Part shown: positions 19,444 to 29,472 of the stretch, in pieces
Layout: every line of letters begins with the position of its first letter
Position numbering within the stretch: the stretch's first letter is position 1
DNA from: Candidatus Heimdallarchaeota archaeon
GTDB lineage: Archaea; Asgardarchaeota; Heimdallarchaeia; Hodarchaeales; Hodarchaeaceae
Length of the DNA: 46,670 bases
NCBI GenBank assembly: GCA_048881705.1
Contig: JBHLSH010000021.1
Span: 1-46,670, forward strand
Direction of reading: 5' to 3'
Program-made: the position numbers and the translations under genes
The notes under the pieces: generated by a model
Seen by the model: the letters and a program-made list of their open reading frames with translations, nothing else
Database searches by the model: none
What the model was told of the DNA's origin: nothing

Positions 19444-19704
19444 ATCATAGGTTCCAAGTAACAACTGAACTTGCCAGAGTCCTTAATTGAGGAAGCCAAG
19501 CCTCAACCTCTTCTCATGGGAAGACGAAAACCACGCAAACACATACATGATGCCGTTCCTCCTGATAGAAACTATGGTTATCAGGCATTTTGGACAGACC
19601 TTAATTGCTGCGGTTTTACTGGTAAAAACGTATTTAATAGCGTTCACAAGACATTTAGTTGTATGTTCTTGAAATAGAACGGTTTTTTAAACATAGTTTT
19701 AGAA

Positions 19705-20193
19705 TTACGTCTTCCCATCCCGTTTTCTTTGAGCCCGAGCGCGTCCCTCGTTAATGATTCTCAAGATATCTTCCTCAAGTTTTCCTCGTCGGATTTTTTC
19801 CTGGTAGAAACTTTTCCAATCAACTAGGAGTTCCTTTTGAATAATTTCATCGGAGTCCCCTATGTTGGTTATCCTTTCCCACTCTTCGAGATTGATGGCA
19901 TTACGTTTCAGAAGCTTTGGTAAAATACCTCGTAACCAGATCTCCAGGCCGATTCCAGGGTCATCTATGGACACCATAACGAGTCTGAAATAGTGGCTCA
20001 GTTCAAGATACGTTTGTTTTTCAGTAGACTGGAGATGTTTCTTCTTCAAAGGTTCAAGAGAATTATGAAGGGTAGATAAAGGGGGAGTGACGTGAGTGGT
20101 CTTATAATGCCCAAACGTTCTTGAGAGTTCGTTCTCCTCCAACTTTTCGATTTCTTTTAGTAATGAATCCACTTTTTTTTTGTCAATGGGCAT
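19705..20193 (-). CDS. Hypothetical protein
   Basis: 162-aa charged, helical ORF with an ATG start, co-oriented downstream of GGGPS. Confidence 0.6.
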   Translation of the reverse strand: MPIDKKKVDSLLKEIEKLEENELSRTFGHYKTTHVTPPLSTLHNSLEPLKKKHLQSTEKQTYLELSHYFRLVMVSIDDPGIGLEIWLRGILPKLLKRNAINLEEWERITNIGDSDEIIQKELLVDWKSFYQEKIRRGKLEEDILRIINEGRARAQRKRDGKT

Positions 20194-20334
20194 TTAGCAA
20201 TCAGAATGAAATCAGATCACCTCATTCAAATAATTATGTTTACAGGGGATTAGGCCCAGGAATTTGGATCACCCACCCCGTACCAGTAAAAGTGCTTAAA
20301 AGCTGTGAATTCACTACACACGTTCTAAATTCGG

Positions 20335-21108
20335 TTATCGGGTCTGAATAAGGGGAGCATTGTGAAGAGTTTCCAAGAATCGACCTACCAGCTTTTTGGG
20401 ATCATCGACCTTTTCCAAGACTGAGGATACTACGCAGATATCCGCGCCTGCCTTAGAAAGCGTCTTTATTTGTTCGGGTGTTCGAATCCCTCCTCCCGTA
20501 ACTAATAATGCTCCACGAGAATGAGCAAAATTAGCGGTTCGGTTAACAAGATCGATTCTGCTTGCAACCGATGATCCAAAGTTCCCCGAACCAGCTTCGA
20601 GGTACAATCCCCACCAATATTTGCGCCATTTAGTGGAAATCTCCTTGAAAGCAGCTTCGTCATCTAGTTCATAAGCACGTACCTTTTTACCTACAGTAGA
20701 GTGGGGGCTTAACACCATGTATCCATATTTTCTGTCCTTCGGCCAGTGTTTTCCTACCAAACGTCGCGCCCATTTAGCAATCCAATGATATTTCTTGCCC
20801 ATCTTTACAAGAACTTTTATAGAAAAGCGGTGTGTGTTAAGAAGAGTCGGCATCTGGATGTAATCTGCAAATGGGGAAATCTGTAACGGATGCCCAGGAA
20901 ATATGACTACAGGAGGGAGAGCTATTCCGCGGGATATTGCAAATTGGTCTAGTTTCTTCAGGTAACGGTGAACGCCCTTCCACACCTCGGAGGAATCGCC
21001 AATCCAGATCTCAAGAGGTAAAGCTGACGGATCAGAGTTTTCCATCAGGATTTCCTGCAATGTAACGTACAATCGTTCTGTTGCTTCGCCCTTGTTAGGA
21101 TCGATCAA
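20335..21108 (-). CDS. Geranylgeranylglyceryl phosphate synthase family (GGGPS/PcrB, group II-like)
   Basis: LIDPNK, IFPGHPLQISPFAD...LLN, GYMVL...STVG, YLEAGSG, GGGIRTPEQ, AGADICVVSS. The conserved first strand extends upstream of the TTG (see findings). Confidence 0.88.
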   Translation of the reverse strand: MIDPNKGEATERLYVTLQEILMENSDPSALPLEIWIGDSSEVWKGVHRYLKKLDQFAISRGIALPPVVIFPGHPLQISPFADYIQMPTLLNTHRFSIKVLVKMGKKYHWIAKWARRLVGKHWPKDRKYGYMVLSPHSTVGKKVRAYELDDEAAFKEISTKWRKYWWGLYLEAGSGNFGSSVASRIDLVNRTANFAHSRGALLVTGGGIRTPEQIKTLSKAGADICVVSSVLEKVDDPKKLVGRFLETLHNAPLIQTR

Positions 21109-21333
21109 GATTGCTAGTTTTGTAATCGTGAGCCCACTCCTTCACAGGGATAAACGATTGTGGTCATTATTTCTGTGGATTTACGATGGACTTAATACTA
21201 TTAGTCCAATCAATATCATAACTTCGGTGTATTGTGTATATTAAGGGTGCCAGGTTTCGGATAAAAAGCCCTTTGTGTCAGTCACCAAGAGCCGGCCATT
21301 GAAGGAATTTCTTTTTCTGACGAAAAACAAAAG

Positions 21334-21534
21334 TTGAATGCCCAGTTACTCAAGAATGATGGATTTTCACGTCCAAAATACGTTTCAAATGGAATCACCT
21401 TTACAGTTGGGTTCGATCCGCGTGAGAGCCATGATTTTGGGAAAGCGGGAGAATTCCTAGATTTCTTTTACCCTAAAAATCTTCCTGAAAATTGCTTTAT
21501 TCGACTCTCAGGAGTAGAAAGCTGGTGGGGCTGA
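21334..21534 (+). CDS. Possible small hypothetical protein or gene remnant
   Basis: 66-aa ORF in an otherwise empty gap. The frame stays open 23 codons further upstream without a start codon. No motif recognised. Confidence 0.3.
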   Translation: MNAQLLKNDGFSRPKYVSNGITFTVGFDPRESHDFGKAGEFLDFFYPKNLPENCFIRLSGVESWWG

Positions 21535-21609
21535 CCATGCTGAATATCATAGATGGATAGCTTAAATTAGAAAAGGAACCAAGACCGATATTGGGACTTT
21601 GGTATTATT

Positions 21610-22734
21610 ATGACCAATTCAGATGGTAATAGGACGGAAGACTCGGATAAATCGACCTTTCCGTATATTGACATCAGCGAAATAATTGATGAATTTTCCA
21701 GTCCAGCTCAGGAGGCCACTCGCCAAATTTACCCGTTACTTCTTCTTCCACAGCCAAAAATAGCATTTCATGCATCTGATGCCGATGGTATAATCTGTGC
21801 AGCCATTTTGAAATCATGCGGAGTAGATGAATTTAAATCCGCAAATTCAATCTATATTCCCCTAAATTATCAACAGATAAAGCATCCAAGATTTGGGAGG
21901 TATCTTGCTCGAGTACATTGGATTGCGGTGGTTGATCTTCCGCCCATCCAGGATTTAAATGACGGGGTTCTGCTTTTTTGTGACCATCATTTGACCAACA
22001 AGGAGGTTCCAAAAGTCGCCAAGGAGGTACTCTTTGATGAAGAGGCGCCAAGCGCAGCCAAGTTACTCGCGGATCACTTTCAGGAAGCTCTCCCCTCTCA
22101 TATTAAAACATTAGCTGCACTCACCACAATTACAGACACTGCCAGTTATATCATTGAACCACCTGTTGATGTATCGGATGAGGTGCCAACTGATCTATCC
22201 TCACAGGCTTGGCTGATACATGATATATGTGAATCGGTTAAGAGCCCGCTTGAGATAATCAAGCTGGTCGATGATCTAGTAGAGAGGGGATTAACTAACG
22301 CCTTGCTACTTGAATATCGAGGTAACGTTAGGAAGGTTCGAGAAAAGCGAGTAGAAACGCTCCATATGGTTGAGGAAATCAATCTCGCTGATGTAGTATT
22401 GATTGTTCTTGGTAAACGAAAGATCTCGACTACAACACTGGTTCAAAGCCTTTTTTCTAAGGGCGTCAAACTGACATGCTTTTTTTATCCAGGGAAGGTT
22501 TTTACGGGACTATCATTCAGAGTTAATTCCCAATTGCCACAATCGGAAGTCGAGAGTCTAAGGGTCGATAGGATTACACAACAGTTTTCTGGCGGGGGGC
22601 ACCCGCGAGCCGCAGGCGGACGTTCCACCTCTTTTAGTCAGGCACTGAAAAAAGTTAAATCCTGGGTTACTCAGAAAGGAATGTCCTACGAACTATATGA
22701 TCTTAGAGACGAGGGCAACAACCTAGATCAGTGA
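21610..22734 (+). CDS. DHH/DHHA1 family phosphoesterase
   Basis: FHASDADG, VVDLP, CDHH, TDTA and C-terminal GGGHPRAAG. Confidence 0.9.
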   Translation: MTNSDGNRTEDSDKSTFPYIDISEIIDEFSSPAQEATRQIYPLLLLPQPKIAFHASDADGIICAAILKSCGVDEFKSANSIYIPLNYQQIKHPRFGRYLARVHWIAVVDLPPIQDLNDGVLLFCDHHLTNKEVPKVAKEVLFDEEAPSAAKLLADHFQEALPSHIKTLAALTTITDTASYIIEPPVDVSDEVPTDLSSQAWLIHDICESVKSPLEIIKLVDDLVERGLTNALLLEYRGNVRKVREKRVETLHMVEEINLADVVLIVLGKRKISTTTLVQSLFSKGVKLTCFFYPGKVFTGLSFRVNSQLPQSEVESLRVDRITQQFSGGGHPRAAGGRSTSFSQALKKVKSWVTQKGMSYELYDLRDEGNNLDQ

Positions 22735-22874
22735 TGTTCTATTCTTGTTCTTCCGAACGTTAGGACCTATCCCTCAAGAACAATTTTTACTGAACGTATT
22801 CGATGTTTAAAAAGCCTTGGATTCTGGAATCCCTAGTTTATTAATCCCTCGCTCTTGACTTCACTCGATTCCCT

Positions 22875-23852
22875 ATGAGTGGAAGCAATCAAGAAAGATA
22901 TATGGTTTATATTAAAGTGAGTATCATTGCGGTCGCCCTTGTGGCAGGTTCGATCGGAGGATACTTTTTTTTGGCTTTTGATAGCTTATCCTATAACCAA
23001 TATGGTCTAAATTACGACAATGTGACCCATGAGATAGAATCGAAGGTTTACGAAAATGGCCTTTATCATCTGGGATTATTTCATAACTTCCTCAAATTTC
23101 CAAGAACGGTTCAGACAATAGAGTTCTTCGGATCCCTTGGTGCGCCAGGAACTTCAAGCGGGCCATTGAATTCAAGGACAAAAGACGGATTGCTAATCAA
23201 TGTTCAGTTAGCTTTTCAATATCGTCTAAGAAAAGAAGATATTCTCAATTTATTCCGAACTTTCGGTCTGGAGTATGAAGAAAGATATGTTGGACAAGCA
23301 CGAACCACACTCCGTGATGTAGCAAGCTTCTACAACGCAATCGAGTTCTTTAATAACAGAACTAGCATTGGTGACACAATGATGGAAAAACTCAAGGATG
23401 ACCTTGATATAATGTTCGCGGACGTCATGTTTTTTCAACTACGAGAAATCGATCTGCCCGATGAATTCGAAGAAGCGCTTAAACAGGTCCAAATAGCCCA
23501 ACAAGAGTACCAGATCGCCATCTATGAGCAGGAAGCAACTATTGTACGAGCCCAAACTGCCATCATAGAGGCTCAAGCACAAGCAAATATTACCATTATC
23601 TCTGGAGAAGCCGAGGCCCAAGCGTTTCTTATCACTATGGAAGCCCAGGCAAAGGCTTTAAATATTACATTGACTACGGAGCGTTTAGCGTATTATGCTA
23701 TGGCCCAAGAGCTGAATTTAACTTCTACCGAACTTTTGGCTTTGTTATGGGTGTTAGCCATCCAAGAACATGACGATTCTCTCTTGATCATTGGAGCAAA
23801 CACTCCAATTTTGATTGAGGAAACTCTAAATACCACCAAGATGATTAGCTAA
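22875..23852 (+). CDS. SPFH/Band-7/prohibitin-domain membrane protein
   Basis: N-terminal TM, GLYHLGLF, SRTKDGLLINVQLAFQYR, LREIDLPDEFEEAL, and an Ala/Gln/Glu-rich coiled coil. Confidence 0.88.
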   Translation: MSGSNQERYMVYIKVSIIAVALVAGSIGGYFFLAFDSLSYNQYGLNYDNVTHEIESKVYENGLYHLGLFHNFLKFPRTVQTIEFFGSLGAPGTSSGPLNSRTKDGLLINVQLAFQYRLRKEDILNLFRTFGLEYEERYVGQARTTLRDVASFYNAIEFFNNRTSIGDTMMEKLKDDLDIMFADVMFFQLREIDLPDEFEEALKQVQIAQQEYQIAIYEQEATIVRAQTAIIEAQAQANITIISGEAEAQAFLITMEAQAKALNITLTTERLAYYAMAQELNLTSTELLALLWVLAIQEHDDSLLIIGANTPILIEETLNTTKMIS

Positions 23853-23895
23853 AAAATTCGTGGATTATCCAAACCTTTTCTACAATTTAATCAGG

Positions 23896-23915
23896 CGGAT
23901 CCAAATATGGATCCG
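23896..23915. terminator. Perfect 8-bp hairpin between convergent SPFH and MFS genes
   Basis: cggatcca-aata-tggatccg, followed by a T-rich tract (gcttttttgg) on the + strand. Confidence 0.5.
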
Positions 23916-24122
23916 TTAAATGCTTTTTTGGATTCAATAGGAGTTTTTAGCTAGTAAGAAGAAAAATTGGAATCCGAACCATTATTAGATTTTTTGCCTG
24001 GATCAAATAATAAATTATCCCTCCACCAAATTTTCTGATCGAAACTTCGAGACAACTGGAACCTTTGAGTAGGAATCATAAAAACAGAAATGTCGCAAAA
24101 TACTGATTTGAAGACATGATTA

Positions 24123-25409
24123 CTACTCAGCTTCAATTTCGTCCCGCCTTTTATTAAAGACGAATAACGCCCCTGTACCCAGTATCAGAATCATACCAGA
24201 TATTAGCAAGACGATTCGATAAGCTAACGCGGTTTCGGTTCCTAGAAAAATCAAACTATCTGCAATCGGGCCTCCAACGAAAAAGCCAGCCATCCCCCAC
24301 CCTATCCCTAAAGTAATATTGTAAAGGCTAAATCCCGTCCCCTGCAAATCCGCAGGCAAGATATCTGCGGTAAATGCAAATGCCAATGTCTGGATCAGTG
24401 CTGTAGAGATTCCTAAGGCTGAGTAAAATGCACCTACCACTAGAAAATTGGGCGCTTCAGGGAAAGAAAGCAAAAAGAAGCAGAGTGAAGCGATAGCGGA
24501 TGATATCATCATGATCTCAAGTCTGCCAAACTTGTCAGATAATCTTCCTCCAATTGGGGTAAATATTCCTCCCCAGAAGGAAAATACCACTAATAGAATG
24601 CTAATTTCTTGATCCGTTAAACCCAAAGATGGATTTAGGGCAGCGTAAAACAAAAATATTTGTCGACTGGCAAAGAGGCCAATGATCAGAGTCGCAAGAA
24701 TACCAATGAAAGCTGCAAAGGATGGCACACGAAGTACATTCCGTACTGCATTCCCTCCAAGCAGGGGTTGATATTTTTGATCCTCACCTGGTGTTTCATT
24801 GGCGGTCAACATGATTGGGGTCACTTGGATTACGGTGGCACAAGATAGGATTAGAAAAACTACTATGTAGAAGATTACACCGTTATAAAATCCTTGGCCT
24901 CTATCGTATAATATTCCACTCAACAAGAATCCAACAATCTGGCCTGCTAATCCCATTCCATCGATAATCCCCGTAAGCCGACCCCGTGCTTCACCTTGAG
25001 TAACTTCTCCTTGGATAATTCGGATCCCAAGATCACTTCCACTCCACAGTAATTCTAAGAGCGAGAATACGAAAACCAAGAATAGTGCAGCTATTATATG
25101 GGATTCCGCATCGACAATTACTCTATGTCCCAAGAATGCAATGAAATAGGCCAATGCCGCCCCGACTTCTCCTCTTACTACAAATTTTTTTGCTGACGTG
25201 GGATTACGATTCAATCTCGGCCCCCAGATAATGAGTTGGCCAATCGTGCTGGTTAAGAGGTTCATAGTACCTAATAGTGCTGTGAGAGTATTTGAAAGCC
25301 CAAGAAAAACCCTTAAATATATATAAAAGAATGCATAAAAGACAGCGCGACGTAGAAAGGAAAGAAATGAAAAAATACCTGTTGCAAAAAACATGGAACG
25401 CCTTGTCAT
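24123..25409 (-). CDS. Major facilitator superfamily transporter
   Basis: About 12 TM helices, GGRLSDKFGR (MFS motif A) and RGRLTG. Confidence 0.9.
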   Translation of the reverse strand: MTRRSMFFATGIFSFLSFLRRAVFYAFFYIYLRVFLGLSNTLTALLGTMNLLTSTIGQLIIWGPRLNRNPTSAKKFVVRGEVGAALAYFIAFLGHRVIVDAESHIIAALFLVFVFSLLELLWSGSDLGIRIIQGEVTQGEARGRLTGIIDGMGLAGQIVGFLLSGILYDRGQGFYNGVIFYIVVFLILSCATVIQVTPIMLTANETPGEDQKYQPLLGGNAVRNVLRVPSFAAFIGILATLIIGLFASRQIFLFYAALNPSLGLTDQEISILLVVFSFWGGIFTPIGGRLSDKFGRLEIMMISSAIASLCFFLLSFPEAPNFLVVGAFYSALGISTALIQTLAFAFTADILPADLQGTGFSLYNITLGIGWGMAGFFVGGPIADSLIFLGTETALAYRIVLLISGMILILGTGALFVFNKRRDEIEAE

Positions 25410-25669
25410 TGCTCAGATTCCTTTCGTGAATATCTAAGAGGCAGATGAAGTAAATTCATTATCTTAGAATGCTCATCTTTGAATAGTTTTTTAGGTCTTA
25501 GGAAATCATCAACAATCAGGATGGGAGAGAGGGAAAAAATATTACAGATTTTTGGTGCTCGCACGCCAACAAGCATTGGTTCCTTTCTATCTATTTGATC
25601 AAGGGATGAATGGGTTTTTTTTGGAGCTTCCGAGTTGACATTAACCAGAATCTGGAAAAATTTAAACAA
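25406..25669 (-). CDS. Possible small hypothetical protein coupled to MFS gene
   Basis: Its TGA overlaps the MFS ATG (ATGA at 25409-25406), which is typical of translational coupling. No motif recognised. Confidence 0.3.
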   Translation of the reverse strand: MFKFFQILVNVNSEAPKKTHSSLDQIDRKEPMLVGVRAPKICNIFSLSPILIVDDFLRPKKLFKDEHSKIMNLLHLPLRYSRKESEQ

Positions 25670-25758
25670 TCAAACGAAAAAATTTATTAAGATCTCATGT
25701 ACATCGATCTTAAGCAAGGATAATTAACGAGTTCAAAGTTACACTATGATAGGAGTTT

Positions 25759-26070
25759 GTGTATATCATGATATTAGGGCCCATGGAAATTGCATTTGTT
25801 ATCGGGATTGGGCTCCTGCTTTTAGGGCCAGATAAAATTCCGAAGATGGGGAGGGCACTTGGGAATGCAATGAAAGAATATCAAGAAGCATTGAGAGGAA
25901 TCCAAAAATCTGGAAATTCACCCGGGCATATGACTGATCAACTTGTCAATGCGATGGCTAGGCCTCCTTCCGAGGATGAAAAATTAATAGAAAGTGCGAA
26001 ACAACTAGGAATTGAAACAGAAGGAAAAACAGTGGAGCAAATTAGTAAGGAAATTTTGGAGAAATTTTGA
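25759..26070 (+). CDS. tatA: Twin-arginine translocase TatA/E subunit
   Basis: LGPMEIAFVIGIGLLLLGPDKIPKMGRALGNAMKEY (TM, hinge and amphipathic helix) plus an archaeal-type tail AKQLGIETEGKTVEQI. ATG25768 is the likely start. Confidence 0.92.
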   Translation: MYIMILGPMEIAFVIGIGLLLLGPDKIPKMGRALGNAMKEYQEALRGIQKSGNSPGHMTDQLVNAMARPPSEDEKLIESAKQLGIETEGKTVEQISKEILEKF

Positions 26071-26129
26071 TTTTGGCCCCATATTGAATGATCCAGCGCA
26101 ACTGAATTACTTCATGGAATTGATTATTT

Positions 26130-27584
26130 TTGGTGATTTACCTCAATCAATTATCCTTGGGAATACCTCATATTATCCTAAATTTAGATTTCTTCCAACA
26201 GACGCTGGATTTGCACGTCGCAGAGGTATTTTACGTTACTCTTGGGATTTTGCTTGTTTTGCCCTTCTTCACAATCTACCTACTTCCCAAAGCGAATTCT
26301 CCGTTTATAACTATCAGAGGGCTCATTAAGCTCCTTTTAATGGACATTTTCTTCCTTTCAGTCCTATTAATAATCGAGTTTCTGGGAAATCCAACTACTC
26401 CTATCTTCGGACTATTAATTTTTCAACCTGAAACTTCGGAATTCTTCATAGTGGGGTTTCTATGGTTTTTTATTTATCTCACGTTTTTTTACCCAACTTA
26501 TTTGGACTTATTAAGACAGAATATAATCTATGACTCGGATCTCTCACACCACGAGCTGGTAGAATCCATTGAGAAGTCAGTTAACGCACTTCGGGGAAGG
26601 AGAACGAGATCCGCAGAAAATCTCCCTAACTTCTTCCAATATTATATCCCTGGGGCTTACTATCTGACATACTATCTGAATGTATTAATCGGAGATAAAG
26701 ATGAAGAATCAAATCTTACAAAGGTAAATTTTACATTTAGTCATTCCGTTCGTAACCTCAACATTCTGAAGTTTCTTGTTTTCCTTATGTTTGGAGTAAT
26801 CCTCCTCAGTCGATCCGATTGGACTTTAAGACCAACGGTGTTTGGCACCATTGTTGATGCGGAAATTATTTTTACTGTACTGGCATTAGGATTTATTTTT
26901 TTTAATTTACTTATTGCTTACACCTGTGAAAACTTAATGTTTCAGCGTGAGGCAGCCCACAAAAAGATGGTTCTGGATTTCGGTCAATTATCCTCAAACA
27001 AACCCGATTTGGAAGAAATTCGTGAGCGGGCACGAGCAAAGCTGGGAATGACAAAGGAAGAACTCACCATTGCGGAGATCAAAAAACGAGCACGGGAGAA
27101 ATTAGACTCATCCGTTCAAAAGGCAGAAAGAGAAAGGAAAGAGAGGATTGATACTATCCTAGATCGCGCAGATTCAACCCTCAATCCGAAGATTAGTCCT
27201 GGGGTCATTCGGATGGAAACCTTGATCCGAGAAACCAAGAAGATATTAAATGCGACACCTGTGGCCACATCCGTGAAACTAGCGCAGGTTGTTGAAATGC
27301 TGGGGACAGAAAAGACATCTAATGACGAAATCGAATCCATAATAATAGGACTAGTAAATAAACGGGAAGTTCGCGGCGAATATGACATCTGGGGAAAAAC
27401 CTATTCAGGGGGTACCGCTAGAAATCGCTTCATCGATCGAACATTGGAAAATATGGAAATAAACAAAGGTGACTTGGACTCATTGAATGTTAGTGGGGAA
27501 TCTATCCAGGTTACCTTTCGAACCCCTTACAGTGAAAATGAAAAAGTCGACAAGATGAGCGTGAAAAAGAAAGAGTCAGGATAA
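26130..27584 (+). CDS. Membrane protein with coiled coil and C-terminal PCI-like winged-helix domain
   Basis: About 5-6 N-terminal TM helices, a charged coiled segment, then VKLAQVVEMLG...DEIESIIIGLVNKREVRGEYD, which matches the PCI/PINT pattern. Confidence 0.7.
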   Translation: MVIYLNQLSLGIPHIILNLDFFQQTLDLHVAEVFYVTLGILLVLPFFTIYLLPKANSPFITIRGLIKLLLMDIFFLSVLLIIEFLGNPTTPIFGLLIFQPETSEFFIVGFLWFFIYLTFFYPTYLDLLRQNIIYDSDLSHHELVESIEKSVNALRGRRTRSAENLPNFFQYYIPGAYYLTYYLNVLIGDKDEESNLTKVNFTFSHSVRNLNILKFLVFLMFGVILLSRSDWTLRPTVFGTIVDAEIIFTVLALGFIFFNLLIAYTCENLMFQREAAHKKMVLDFGQLSSNKPDLEEIRERARAKLGMTKEELTIAEIKKRAREKLDSSVQKAERERKERIDTILDRADSTLNPKISPGVIRMETLIRETKKILNATPVATSVKLAQVVEMLGTEKTSNDEIESIIIGLVNKREVRGEYDIWGKTYSGGTARNRFIDRTLENMEINKGDLDSLNVSGESIQVTFRTPYSENEKVDKMSVKKKESG

Positions 27585-27676
27585 TTTTTTAGAGTTAGTT
27601 AAGTTATCGAAGAAGAAAGAACCAGCTTAAACTCGCCTGGAGCGTCATCTCAATAAATGATCCAACAAGGCCCCGA

Positions 27677-28663
27677 TTGATTGACACACACGGGAGAACA
27701 GCGACTAATTTCCGTATATCGGTTATTGATCGATGCAACCTCAGATGTTCTTATTGTATTCAATCAGATGAAGGGATAACTTGGCTCAAAAAAGACAAAT
27801 TATTGACATTCCCTGAGATTTTACGGATAACTCAACTCGTTGCAGAACTAGGGGTAGATCAGCTTAGAATAACAGGTGGAGAGCCACTAGTACGGCCAGG
27901 AGTATGTGATCTTATTTCAAAACTAAAAATGATCAATGGAATTAATCGTATTTCTATGACCACGAATGGAGTTTTATTGAGCAGGTATCTAAGCGACCTA
28001 GAGACCGCGGGATTGTCGAGCCTTAATGTTTCTCTGGATACTTTAAGCAAAACGAAATTTAAGAAGATCACAAGCAAAAATAATTTTGAGAAAGTGATCG
28101 ATTCAATTGCACAGGCCCGAAAGACATCCATCCGCGTGAAAGTCAATACTGTTGCCATCAAAGGCTTTAATGATGATGAAATCATTGATTTTGTCGATTT
28201 TGCTGTTAGAAATGACCTTACCTTAAGATTCATAGAGTTTATGCCTTTTGCAGGCAATGCATGGAATTCAAGCAACGTGATCTCGGCCCAGGAAATACGA
28301 AAGATTGTTAGAACACGATATGAGCTGCTTCCTGAACCTCTTGACCATCCCTCCCAAACTAGTCGCATCTATCGGCTTGATGGCACCTCAGGCAAAATCG
28401 GATTTATTGCCAGTGTTACCGAATCATTCTGTAAGTGGTGTAATAGATTGAGATTGACTGCGGATGGCAATTTACGAACTTGTTTGCATAGTTTCAATGA
28501 AGTTCCGCTGCGAGAAAGTTTGAGAAATGGAGTATCAAATACAGCCCTTAAGCAAAAAATTGTTGGGGCAGTCCGTTTGAAGCAAAAGGAACATGTAAAT
28601 TTTCTAGATCCTGACTTTCTCCCTCTAGAAGATGATCGAGAGATGATAAGAATTGGGGGATAA
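27677..28663 (+). CDS. moaA: GTP 3',8-cyclase (molybdopterin biosynthesis radical SAM)
   Basis: FRISVIDRCNLRCSYC, RITGGEPL, MTTNG, NVSLDTL, RFIEFMP, FCKWCNRLRLTADG..RTCL and C-terminal MIRIGG. Confidence 0.97.
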   Translation: MIDTHGRTATNFRISVIDRCNLRCSYCIQSDEGITWLKKDKLLTFPEILRITQLVAELGVDQLRITGGEPLVRPGVCDLISKLKMINGINRISMTTNGVLLSRYLSDLETAGLSSLNVSLDTLSKTKFKKITSKNNFEKVIDSIAQARKTSIRVKVNTVAIKGFNDDEIIDFVDFAVRNDLTLRFIEFMPFAGNAWNSSNVISAQEIRKIVRTRYELLPEPLDHPSQTSRIYRLDGTSGKIGFIASVTESFCKWCNRLRLTADGNLRTCLHSFNEVPLRESLRNGVSNTALKQKIVGAVRLKQKEHVNFLDPDFLPLEDDREMIRIGG

Positions 28664-28715
28664 GGGATACTTGGATCAAGAACAGAAGAATGGTCTGATT
28701 TCAGTTTTGTAACGT

Positions 28716-29471
28716 CTAAAAAATCATTTTTCCTGAAAGAAAATCAGCTGTCTGCCGGTTTTGGGGAGAAGAAAAAACCGTTGGGGTTTCACCCGTTTCG
28801 ATAATTTTGCCGTTTACTAGGACTGCAACCTTATCCGTAATTCTTTGAGCCTGGAAAAGGTTGTGTGTAACAATGATTACAGTACCTTGGAATTTCTTGA
28901 TATTTTTTTCAATGTTCTTTATGTTAGCTGGATCCAAGTTTTGTGTCGGCTCATCTAAGAGTAATACACGCGGTTCCACTACCATTGCTCTGAGTAAACA
29001 TACCCGTTGCTTTTCTCCCCCCGACAAGGATGCGCTATCTCGATGTAAAAGGCCATCCAGATCAAAAGAGGAAATTAATCTTTTCAAAGAGTTGGGATCT
29101 TCTTTCCTCCTTACCTTTAACCCATAGCGAATATTGTATTCAACGGTTCCTTTAAATAGAACGGGATGTTGGTGGATAAAAATGAGTTCTCTTCTTATAC
29201 TTGAGATGTCGAATCCATTCTGAAGCGGAAGGACTTGCTGGCCCGCAAAGTAATAATAGCCGTATATGAAATGTAAAGGAGTTAACAGTCCAAGAGCTTT
29301 TAGCAGTGTTGTTTTACCGGCGCCAGATGGGCCAATTATCCCATAAATTTCGTTAGAACGGATATCCAGATCGATGTTACGAAGAATAGGAAGGGATCCA
29401 TCATTGGGAGGATCACCATGCACCTGAATGTTCCGTAACTGGATTAACGGAAAATTATTTGCCAAATTCAT
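28716..29471 (-). CDS. tupC: Tungstate ABC transporter ATP-binding subunit
   Basis: GPSGAGKT, LSGGEKQR, LLDEPT, VTHN; lies immediately downstream of a tupB-like permease. Confidence 0.82.
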   Translation of the reverse strand: MNLANNFPLIQLRNIQVHGDPPNDGSLPILRNIDLDIRSNEIYGIIGPSGAGKTTLLKALGLLTPLHFIYGYYYFAGQQVLPLQNGFDISSIRRELIFIHQHPVLFKGTVEYNIRYGLKVRRKEDPNSLKRLISSFDLDGLLHRDSASLSGGEKQRVCLLRAMVVEPRVLLLDEPTQNLDPANIKNIEKNIKKFQGTVIIVTHNLFQAQRITDKVAVLVNGKIIETGETPTVFSSPQNRQTADFLSGKMIF

Positions 29472-29472
29472 A

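Noticed and set aside
19471-19677. Two overlapping short + strand ORFs (68 and 61 aa) after the second beta-helix gene
   Set aside because: Both have TTG starts, no SD and no recognisable motif. They are mutually exclusive, and neither can be supported.
20480-20490. GTTCGAATCCC, a tRNA T-loop-like motif
   Set aside because: It lies inside the GGGPS gene (antisense of the conserved GGGIRT codons), with no acceptor or anticodon stems around it.
21142-21144. In-frame TGA upstream of GGGPS considered as selenocysteine
   Set aside because: It is not at a conserved Cys position, GGGPS is not a known selenoprotein, and the upstream frame does not look protein-like.
23951-24136. 61-aa ORF overlapping the MFS 3' end
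   Set aside because: It is short, overlaps in another frame and has no motif or SD.
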